A stretch of DNA of 64,000 nt, from assembly GCA_016188895.1 (NCBI GenBank), contig JACPGZ010000017.1:2538-66537 (forward strand), written 5' to 3'. Every line of letters starts with the position of its first letter. Within the stretch, counting starts at the first letter, position 1. The position numbers and the translations under genes were made by a program. Source of the stretch: Candidatus Pacearchaeota archaeon. GTDB lineage: Archaea; Nanobdellota; Nanobdellia; Pacearchaeales; GW2011-AR1. Positions 52,488-60,321 of this stretch are shown here, one piece after another. The notes below the pieces were generated by a model. It had not been told where the DNA came from, ran no database searches, and worked only from the letters and a program-made list of their open reading frames with translations.

Positions 52488-52892
52488 CTAATTTATCAAA
52501 CCTTCTTTTATTAAATCTGGAATTAATCCTTTTTCATTCTCTTCGATCATAGGATACTTCTTTGTAAGAAAGTCATCTTTTCCATACCAAACAATAGATT
52601 CAATTTCCTTATCTGCTTTTGGTTCTCCTTTTGCTTCTACTAAAAAACATTTTGTTTCTGTCATCCAATTATTGCTATAAGGAGATTGCATAAAATACTC
52701 TCTGAAAAATACCATTGATTGTAGATCTAAATTTATTTCTTCTTTTAATTCCCTTTTAAGAGTCTCTTCTTCAGATTCCCCTTCTTCTCTCTTTCCACCT
52801 GGAGTCCAAAGTTCAGAATAACCTTTTCCTTTAACTAAAAGAAGTTTATTATTTTTTATTATAAGAGCTACAATCCTATGCCTAATGTTCAT
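52488..52892 (-). CDS. NUDIX hydrolase
   Basis: Nudix box GGKREEGESEEETLKRELKEEINL. Confidence 0.75.
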   Translation of the reverse strand: MNIRHRIVALIIKNNKLLLVKGKGYSELWTPGGKREEGESEEETLKRELKEEINLDLQSMVFFREYFMQSPYSNNWMTETKCFLVEAKGEPKADKEIESIVWYGKDDFLTKKYPMIEENEKGLIPDLIKEGLIN

Positions 52893-52982
52893 ATTATCTT
52901 AAGAAAGGACTAATTTTATATATTTATTCAATTTCTAAATAACATAGGGAATAAATTTTTATACAAGTATGTATTAATATAA

Positions 52983-53246
52983 ATGCAAAAAAGAGATAAA
53001 ATGCCAAGATTATGGATTCAAAAAACAGGTCTGAAAAAAGATGTATTTAGCAATCAGCTTGGCATTCCTCCTAAACAAAAGATTCCAATGTCCTTACTTA
53101 ACAGGATAATTGCTGCAAAACCTGGAGACATGGTTAAAAATCCTTCAAAGATTGGCAAAAAGTCAATTAAAGTTACTCCTTTACTTAAAAAGAGGGCAAT
53201 TCTTGTGAGGAATTTGAAAAGAATTTCTGAAGCTAGGAAGAGATGA
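52983..53246 (+). CDS. hypothetical basic protein (87 aa)
   Basis: Lys/Arg-rich ORF. No family recognised. Confidence 0.3.
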   Translation: MQKRDKMPRLWIQKTGLKKDVFSNQLGIPPKQKIPMSLLNRIIAAKPGDMVKNPSKIGKKSIKVTPLLKKRAILVRNLKRISEARKR

Positions 53247-53265
53247 TAATTATGAAGCAGAAAAA

Positions 53266-53784
53266 CTAGCCATTCAGTTGCCAGACATTACCATTATGTA
53301 CCATTGGAACATTTCCACAACTATCAAAAGCCTGTGCTTGAATTTCAATACAAACCATAACTTCTGAATAATCTACATCTGGAAGTGTTGCACGCGTATC
53401 AAGCAATTGAATTTCCCATTTATCTGGAAATATCTTCAATTCGAATCTTTCTAAACCTGTTTCAGACCTGCCTAAATCGTTCAATCTGTAAGTTGTTCCA
53501 TCTGTAGTTGAAAGCCCTTCAGCTGGTATAAATCTAGCATAATGTAAGCATGGAGGAAGAGGGCAATCAGCTAGAGTGAAAATTTCAAAAAAACTATCTG
53601 CTGGAGTCTGTGAAAGCGGCGTCACTGGTGTTATTGTAGCGTCTAAAGAAACCTTTTCAGTACCTTCGCTTGTACCACCAATAACTAGTCTTAGATTATT
53701 AACATTAACTGCCAAAGCAGCGAGTACAATAGATGATAGAACTGTTATAGTTAATACAAATGATAAAAGAATGATTTTTTTCAT
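53266..53784 (-). CDS. secreted hypothetical protein with N-terminal signal/TM
   Basis: MKKIILLSFVLTITVLSSIVLAALA signal-like N-terminus. Beta-rich remainder. Confidence 0.4.
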   Translation of the reverse strand: MKKIILLSFVLTITVLSSIVLAALAVNVNNLRLVIGGTSEGTEKVSLDATITPVTPLSQTPADSFFEIFTLADCPLPPCLHYARFIPAEGLSTTDGTTYRLNDLGRSETGLERFELKIFPDKWEIQLLDTRATLPDVDYSEVMVCIEIQAQAFDSCGNVPMVHNGNVWQLNG

Positions 53785-54104
53785 AAATAAAATAGATATC
53801 TGAAATTCTTAAATTTATCGGTGTTTTTTGGCAATGATTATTAAATCGATAGCTTTAAATATAGGATATTTATCAAAATTCCATGGCAAGAAAAGCAAAA
53901 GAAAAAAAACAACCAGAGCAACCACAAGCAGAACAAGAGAAGCCAGCTGAACAAGAAACTCAAGAAGAGATGTAGTTAATTCTGCAGAAACTGGGAATTA
54001 ATTTGAATTAAATGTTAATATGTTAATTGATTTAGTGATTTAAGCGAACTTATTCTTAGAGTGAAGAAAAAAATATTTATATAGTATAGCCTATTGTTTT
54101 ACAT

Positions 54105-54299
54105 ATGGAACAATGGGAAAAAGATAGTGGGAAGTTTAAAAGTGATTGTAGGAAAAGTTATCCAGTACCAAGAGAAGAACAAAGGACTGAATATTGTAAA
54201 ATATGTGAGAAATATTATACTCCTTCTGAAATGTTTAAAAGTGGAATATGCAGGGATTGTGATTTGGATGATTATTTAAATAATTATTCTGAAGATTAA
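54105..54299 (+). CDS. small Cys-rich (zinc-ribbon-like) protein flanked by 20-bp direct repeats
   Basis: C...CKICEKYYTP...CRDCD. Flanked by GAACTTATTCTTAGNGTGNA at 54047 and 54401. Confidence 0.3.
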   Translation: MEQWEKDSGKFKSDCRKSYPVPREEQRTEYCKICEKYYTPSEMFKSGICRDCDLDDYLNNYSED

Positions 54300-54424
54300 G
54301 AATTTGGGCTGGTAAAATAAAGTTTGCAACTAAAACGGCTTTTAATGGCTCAAGGGAACTACCATACACTGAAGTGTATGGCGTCCACAAGTCAATTCAG
54401 AACTTATTCTTAGTGTTAAAAGTT

Positions 54425-54931
54425 TTATTCTAGGATTATAAACCTTTTATCATCTTTGTAATTCTTAAAGAATTCGTCGTCTTTATACTTTTCAAGAATG
54501 ATGTATCCTTTGTCTTTAAGAAATGAGTTAATCTCTTTTCTGAATCTACGGTCATGAATCATTTTATGATGGTTTGGACATAAACCAACTAGATTGGAGT
54601 CAGCGTTATTTTCATGATTATGATCTAAATGATGAAGATCTATAATTTTATCAAAACCACAGATAATACAGCTTGAAGTAATCTTTCTATATTTTTCTCT
54701 CTCAATATTATGGGATTTTATTATATTTTGTTCTTTAACCTTTTCTATATGGAAAACAGAGTTGTAGCAACCATCACATAATCCTTTAGCATGCATTGGT
54801 TTTTCTCTTCCACACCTTTTACAAGTTATTAACTTTGGTTGCCAAATTAATTTTTTATAACAAGTAGTACACATCTGTTTAGCATGATGTTCAACCTCTT
54901 TTTTACAATTTTTACAAATAATAATATTCAT
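54425..54931 (-). CDS. HNH endonuclease with N-terminal zinc ribbons
   Basis: Four CxxC pairs, then DLHHLDHNHENNADSNLVGLCPNHHKMIH (HNH motif). Confidence 0.7.
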   Translation of the reverse strand: MNIIICKNCKKEVEHHAKQMCTTCYKKLIWQPKLITCKRCGREKPMHAKGLCDGCYNSVFHIEKVKEQNIIKSHNIEREKYRKITSSCIICGFDKIIDLHHLDHNHENNADSNLVGLCPNHHKMIHDRRFRKEINSFLKDKGYIILEKYKDDEFFKNYKDDKRFIILE

Positions 54932-55037
54932 AAATTAATTAATCCGTTCGCATATATAAATATTTATTCCAACTTTAGAATGATTACGTTCGCATACTTA
55001 ATTACAGAACTACTCTTAATGGAGCTTGTGCGAAGGT

Positions 55038-55496
55038 TTAGGGATTATAGGGAAAATCAATATAATAAAAACTTATTTTTTGCGATTTTGGGAATCGATA
55101 AGGGTGCTTGATATATTTAATCCATTCTGAATGAATCCTAAAATCAACTAATTCGCTTAATCTTTCAAGTATTTCCTTTTGGCCTACTAACAACTCTTTT
55201 ATTCTATTAACCTTAAAACGTGAAGTATATGCAGGATGTGTTCTACCAAAAATTTTATCTCCTATTGCGAAAGAAGGATAAATCATAATTGGAGAGGGTT
55301 CTTGAGATAATTGAATGGAAGACCAGCCAGATACATCAATGTATGATACTACCCCTAGTGTAAATGGTCTTTGTTCTTTTGTTGTTCTATTTTGTTGTGG
55401 GCAGGGTCTTATCAATACAAGATCTCCTTCATTGACATCTATTGGTTTGGTAATTCTTTCTGGTAAGCTTTGGATGATTAATTCTAGTTGTGTCAT
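55038..55496 (-). CDS. hypothetical protein (152 aa)
   Basis: No confident family. Possibly a PUA/ASCH-like beta-barrel. Confidence 0.3.
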   Translation of the reverse strand: MTQLELIIQSLPERITKPIDVNEGDLVLIRPCPQQNRTTKEQRPFTLGVVSYIDVSGWSSIQLSQEPSPIMIYPSFAIGDKIFGRTHPAYTSRFKVNRIKELLVGQKEILERLSELVDFRIHSEWIKYIKHPYRFPKSQKISFYYIDFPYNP

Positions 55497-55596
55497 GGAA
55501 GAAGTCAGATTAGTTATTTTTAAATTTATCTATTAACACGAACTTTTTGCTGATGCGAAAAGTTCTGCGAGAAGTGAGGAAGTTTTAGCTATAAGA

Positions 55597-55803
55597 TTAG
55601 GTTGTAAGATTTTCAACAGACACATTAGACAGAAGATTTTTTGGAATGTGCTTGCTTACGAAAAGAAGTTCTATGCCTATGACATTGCCCTTTTCATCTA
55701 GATTCAGAATGGTGTTTTGATCTATAATCTTAGTCTTACTAAATTTTTCATTCGTTAATTTGATGTATATTGCATCTGCTTCTTTATCATATGTTATTTT
55801 CAT
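55597..55803 (-). CDS. DUF2283-family small protein (antitoxin-like partner)
   Basis: YDKEADAIYIKL...D.....G..IGIELL pattern. Overlaps the start of the upstream DUF4258 gene. Confidence 0.5.
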   Translation of the reverse strand: MKITYDKEADAIYIKLTNEKFSKTKIIDQNTILNLDEKGNVIGIELLFVSKHIPKNLLSNVSVENLTT

Positions 55804-56009
55804 AGTGGATATACGGTAATGACTTTTATATATTTTTCTCTTATATAAACAACTTCTATAATTGCTCTGCCTATATTCTTCCTTGCATAATAAACATTAT
55901 TGATTTTATTAATCATTTCTGCATATTTAATTGTTGAAATTACCTCGTCTTCCAAGATATTTCTCTCCCTCATTTGCTCTTTTGCATGTTTGGTAAACTC
56001 TATATGCAT
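55800..56009 (-). CDS. DUF4258-family small protein (toxin-like partner)
   Basis: HAKEQMRERNI.E.EV..TI......I.......R.+...........VV.....IKVITVY. Confidence 0.5.
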   Translation of the reverse strand: MHIEFTKHAKEQMRERNILEDEVISTIKYAEMINKINNVYYARKNIGRAIIEVVYIREKYIKVITVYPL

Positions 56010-56047
56010 CGGTGAATAAAATGAAGCTTATATAAATAATTTCTCAT

Positions 56048-56063
56048 CCCGAGCGCGCTCGGG
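56048..56063. repeat. perfect 16-bp GC-rich palindrome CCCGAGCGCGCTCGGG in an AT-rich intergenic region
   Basis: Self-complementary. Embedded in a locally GC-rich ~50-bp stretch. Confidence 0.8.
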
Positions 56064-56152
56064 CTTCGCCCTCGCTTGTTATCACCAGAAATCTTAGGAT
56101 TTTGCTCGGAATTTGAGAATTAAACGAACATTAAAATTGAAAATAAAGAAAT

Positions 56153-56488
56153 TTAGGATTCGCCTGTTATTTCTCTTTTAAGTTTATTTGCCTCTGCTTT
56201 ACGTCTTAAAAACATATAACAATCTAAAAAACCTAGTTTATACCCCTGTGCATGATCGTGTGTTCTCATCCAATCATGAAGCTGTTTGTTGTCTTTTTTT
56301 AATCTCTCTTCTTCTTCATTTCTATATTTTTGTGCTAAAAAATAAGCCATTGATTCCAAATCAACAACTGATAAGCCTTCTGGTGTATATTTTTCATCTG
56401 TCATAAAGTATACAGGAAATCTTTGTTTTAAAAATCTATCGTTTAACCGAACTTTATTGTTATGCTGGAAGTTGTTGGAAAAACGCAA
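56153..56488 (-). CDS. hypothetical protein (111 aa)
   Basis: ORF only. Confidence 0.3.
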   Translation of the reverse strand: MRFSNNFQHNNKVRLNDRFLKQRFPVYFMTDEKYTPEGLSVVDLESMAYFLAQKYRNEEEERLKKDNKQLHDWMRTHDHAQGYKLGFLDCYMFLRRKAEANKLKREITGES

Positions 56489-56842
56489 AAGCTTTAGCTT
56501 AAAAGATATTAAAAAATAAAAATTAGAAGAAGTGGGAAAGAATAAGTTGTATTTATCTTTTCATTAGCTTGTAGTTTCTTAAAAGTTTGGTAATGCCAAT
56601 TACAAGAAATGATAATCCAATAAGCCAATTGCTGACATTAGCTGGGAGATTAACGTTAATTAAAGGCAGTACCCAAAGCACACCTATAAGAGTTATAAGC
56701 CAAGCTGTTGTCTTCGCCATTTTAGTTTATTCTACCTCCTTTTTTAATAATATAATGATGCAAAAGAGGTTTATAAAATCTTGCTTTGTCTAGTATAAAA
56801 TTAGGTTTGAAAAATACGAACTTTTATGATGCTTTATAAAGC

Positions 56843-57000
56843 TTGTGTTGGAAAATGTGTTGGGTTTTGTGTTGGAGTTTATTTGACGACGATAAAATTG
56901 GGTGTTGAAAGGTGTTTAAGGGTGTTTAGACAGCTGTCTAAAGGGTTTTTTCGGTGTTGAAAAGGGTGTTTAAAACAGATTTTTCTGTGATTTTGATGAT
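56843..57000. repeat. iteron-like cluster of GTGTTGG / GGTGTT(T/G)AAA direct repeats plus palindrome TAGACAGCTGTCTA
   Basis: tgtgttggaaaatgtgttgggttttgtgttggag ... ggtgttgaaaggtgtttaagggtgtttagacagctgtctaaagggttttttcggtgttgaaaagggtgtttaaaa. Related motifs recur at 57350-57470 and 58380-58660. Confidence 0.6.
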
Positions 57001-57110
57001 TGGACACTATAAAAACATGATCAAAAATGATTGCTTTAAAATAAACAATTTATCGACGATATTGGCATTGAGTGGAAAAGATTTATAAAGAAGAATTTGG
57101 TTAATTAATT

Positions 57111-57770
57111 ATGTTTAGGTGGCTGTTTAGTGGCAAAAAAGAGATAGATAAGATAAAAGAAGATACTCGAAGAGCTTTTGAATCTGTGAAAAATGATATG
57201 GATAAGGCTGGCAAATGGTTTAAACACCTGTCCAAAACTGATTCTGACCAGGAAGATAAGATTAGTGAGCTAAAATCAAAAATATCGACGCTGGAAAAAG
57301 ATATTGAAAAACTGCATAAAATTGTTTTGTTGAACAAAAGTGAAAATTTTAGACAGGTGTTTAGACAGCCTTCAACAGCTGTCTATAGACAAGCACCTGT
57401 CCAAGCTGTCCAAACAGGTGTTGAAAACGCTGTCCAAACAGGTGTTGAAGGCTATTTTTTGATTGATTTAAATAACTTGTCTGTGATGGAAAGAGCAATT
57501 GTTTATTTATTGTTGAATAGTGACATGAAATTAAGCTATGAGGATATTGCTGCAATGCTTGGAAAAAGCAGGTCAACAATAAGAAGCCAAATAAGTGTGA
57601 TAAAACAAAAAAGTGAGAATTTAATAAAAGAGTATATTGAAAAAAACGGTAAGAAAAGAGTATATATTCCTGATGAAATCAAAGAAAAGATACTTAAAAA
57701 TAAGAAAGTGAAGGAGATTAAACGAAAAAATAAGAAAAATAGTGAGAAAGAAGAGGTGAGTTATGCGTAA
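57111..57770 (+). CDS. coiled-coil / repeat / C-terminal HTH protein (paralog of the 58025 gene)
   Basis: N-terminal coiled-coil. Central repeat (VQAVQTGVENAVQTGVEG) encoded by iteron-like DNA. C-terminal HTH LSYEDIAAMLGKSRSTIRSQISVIKQK. Confidence 0.4.
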   Translation: MFRWLFSGKKEIDKIKEDTRRAFESVKNDMDKAGKWFKHLSKTDSDQEDKISELKSKISTLEKDIEKLHKIVLLNKSENFRQVFRQPSTAVYRQAPVQAVQTGVENAVQTGVEGYFLIDLNNLSVMERAIVYLLLNSDMKLSYEDIAAMLGKSRSTIRSQISVIKQKSENLIKEYIEKNGKKRVYIPDEIKEKILKNKKVKEIKRKNKKNSEKEEVSYA

Positions 57771-58024
57771 GATGGTGATTTGTGTATGTGAAAATGAAAA
57801 AGTGAGGGTAATTAAACGAAATTTAATTAGAAGATTAGATAAAATAAAGTAAAATAAGTTGAAAATAAGTAAGTGAGAGATAAAAATAACCGCTCAAACA
57901 AGTAAAAGTGAGGATTAAAGGGGAGAATAAATTTTAAAATAAAAAGTGAAAATGTAGATAAAAATATCTAATAAGGCTTAGGGAACATTAATAATGCTGT
58001 TGTAGAAGCTATTCGGTATAGCGT

Positions 58025-58816
58025 TTATAGTTCTCTAAGCCTTAATATTGTGTCTAAAGTAGCTATTTTCTTTAGATCAGGTGAAATGTGAAGGAGTATT
58101 TTTTTGTTGTTTATTTTTTCTTTTGATATTGGGATGCCTTTATTAATTAAGTGCTTTATATATTCTCGAATAGAGCTTTCAGATATATTCATTTCAGATG
58201 CAATTAGATGGTAATTCACTTCGCGACCTTCTTCCTCAAGTTGGTAGAGATGTGAAAAAACAAGTAACTCCTTTTTAGTTAATCTTTTAAATTTGAGGCG
58301 GATTTCTTTCTTTATTGTGTCTAAAGAGGCAAGGATTTCAGATGCTTTTTCCATGCTTTCCCTGGTTTTCCGGCTCGATACTTCATCATTAAAGCGAACT
58401 TTATCTGTTGGAAAATGTGTTGGATTATCTGTTGGTTTGTTTGTTGGTTTGTTTGTTGGATTATCTGTTGGAACCCCTCTGTTTCCTATGGAAACATCAT
58501 TATACTGGCTTTTTACAGCTTTTAAAGGCAAATCATCTGTTGGATTTTGTGTTGGATTTTGATTATCTGTTGGAATTTCTATGTTTTGTGTTGGATTTAT
58601 GTGTTGGATTGTTGGAAAATGTGTTGGGTTTTGGGTTTTGGTGTTTTCATCTGGTTTTTTCTGTTTTATCTCGTTAGATACTTCCTGAATCAGTGATATT
58701 AGTGCTGGGAATTCGTCTGTAATTTTATTGATTTTTAGCTTTAATGATTCTATCTCCTGCTCTATTCTATTGATGTCTTCTTTTACTTTTGAGAATGCTT
58801 GTTTTATCTGTTCCAT
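58025..58816 (-). CDS. coiled-coil / Pro-Thr-Asn repeat / C-terminal HTH protein
   Basis: N-terminal coiled-coil. NPTHFPT / PTDNPTNKPTNKPTDNPTHFPT repeats. C-terminal HTH NYHLIASEMNISESSIREYIKHLINKGIP. Confidence 0.4.
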   Translation of the reverse strand: MEQIKQAFSKVKEDINRIEQEIESLKLKINKITDEFPALISLIQEVSNEIKQKKPDENTKTQNPTHFPTIQHINPTQNIEIPTDNQNPTQNPTDDLPLKAVKSQYNDVSIGNRGVPTDNPTNKPTNKPTDNPTHFPTDKVRFNDEVSSRKTRESMEKASEILASLDTIKKEIRLKFKRLTKKELLVFSHLYQLEEEGREVNYHLIASEMNISESSIREYIKHLINKGIPISKEKINNKKILLHISPDLKKIATLDTILRLREL

Positions 58817-58846
58817 GATTATAGATGAGTTTGGGATTTAATAATA

Positions 58847-59113
58847 TTATTGGGTTTTTTTATAAGCATCATATGCTTGAGGAGAAAGCATCCAGCGTTT
58901 TCTTCTGAGATAGATATCACCTTCGCTATTCTTGTTGATTTCAGTTACTAGCTGTTTTTCTTTTAATTCTAAAAGAATTGATTTTATGAATTCCTCGTCT
59001 CGTGCAAGCTCTCTTGCGAGATTTACAGTATACTGCGGTCTTGGGAAATTGTGAAATAAGATTGATAGAATCTGCTCTGATATCTTGTCCTTTTTCTCTT
59101 TTGAGATTTTCAT
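58847..59113 (-). CDS. small winged-helix DNA-binding protein
   Basis: 88 aa, ...TVNLARELARDEEFIKSILLELKEKQLV... wHTH-like. Confidence 0.4.
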   Translation of the reverse strand: MKISKEKKDKISEQILSILFHNFPRPQYTVNLARELARDEEFIKSILLELKEKQLVTEINKNSEGDIYLRRKRWMLSPQAYDAYKKTQ

Positions 59114-59234
59114 TTTCCTGTGAAAGAAAGGTTTAATAAGCTTTTAAAATTTTCAGTTCTGCTATTTTTATGATCAGATGAAAACGAATAAATAATATTT
59201 AATAAATATCCGATTTAGTAAAGTATTTATAGGT

Positions 59235-60281
59235 GTGATATATTATTTTATGATGAAAGTATATAATGGTTTATCTAGAAATCAGGTAATTGAAATTCAT
59301 TCTTTTGTTATGAAAAAACGAAAAGATTTAGGATATGGACAAACAAGGATTTATAGATTAGTTAAGGAAAAATTTGGAGTTGAAATAAAAGAGAATACCC
59401 TATCTGGATGGATTTTTCGAGGAATAAAACCATTTGGAAATGAAAAAACTCAATTTAAACCTAAGCCAAGACCTCAAAAAGAAGAGCTTTACGAATTGTA
59501 TATCAATCAAAAACAAAGCTCTGAAAAAATAGCCAAGAAGTATGATGTTTCAACGATTATTGTAATTAATTGGCTTAAATCTTATAAAATTCCTACCAGA
59601 AATCATCTTGAGTCTATGCGTACTTTGGATGTAAGAAGACAACTTAGAGAAATAAAACTAAGAAGACCAACTAAAAAGTATAATGAATTAATTCCTGAGA
59701 AAGCGTATATTCTGGGGGTCTTATGTGGGGATGCTTGTTTATATAAAAAAACGATTAAATTAGAAATAAGGCGTGATGAAGATTTTATTGACGAATTTGT
59801 TAGATGTTTTGAGAAAGTTTATGGTTTAGAATATAATTATAAATATTATAAACCAAAAAATACATTTGTTGCACAGATTAATTCTGAAATCATATCTCAA
59901 GATATTATCAAATATGGTAATTTTAAAACCCGAAGTTGGGAAGTTCCAAAAGAAATAATAGAATCGAAAAATGAAAAGATTATTGGTTCTTATTTAAAAG
60001 GTTTTTATGATAGTGAGGGAAGTGTTTCACGTTGTGCAATAACTTCTTCTTCGATTAATAAAGATGGTCTAAGAAATATTGCTCTTTTATTGAAAAAATT
60101 GGGAATAGAAACAACTTTAAAAAGCTATGGAAATGGAAAATATTGTGTTTTGTATATATTTAGAAAGGGAAGATTTAAGATATTTAGGGAAAGAGTTGGG
60201 TTTACGATAAAAAGAAAATTGAATAAGATAGACGAAACTTTAAATACAGGTTTTTTTAGTAAAAGATCTATTGCTAATTAG
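59235..60281 (+). CDS. LAGLIDADG-family homing endonuclease (two-motif, free-standing) with N-terminal HTH region
   Basis: Two LAGLIDADG-like motifs: AYILGVLCGDACLY and YLKGFYDSEGSV. Confidence 0.65.
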   Translation: MIYYFMMKVYNGLSRNQVIEIHSFVMKKRKDLGYGQTRIYRLVKEKFGVEIKENTLSGWIFRGIKPFGNEKTQFKPKPRPQKEELYELYINQKQSSEKIAKKYDVSTIIVINWLKSYKIPTRNHLESMRTLDVRRQLREIKLRRPTKKYNELIPEKAYILGVLCGDACLYKKTIKLEIRRDEDFIDEFVRCFEKVYGLEYNYKYYKPKNTFVAQINSEIISQDIIKYGNFKTRSWEVPKEIIESKNEKIIGSYLKGFYDSEGSVSRCAITSSSINKDGLRNIALLLKKLGIETTLKSYGNGKYCVLYIFRKGRFKIFRERVGFTIKRKLNKIDETLNTGFFSKRSIAN

Positions 60282-60321
60282 TTTAATTCCAAATATTTTT
60301 AAATAGTTTAAGAAAAATAAA

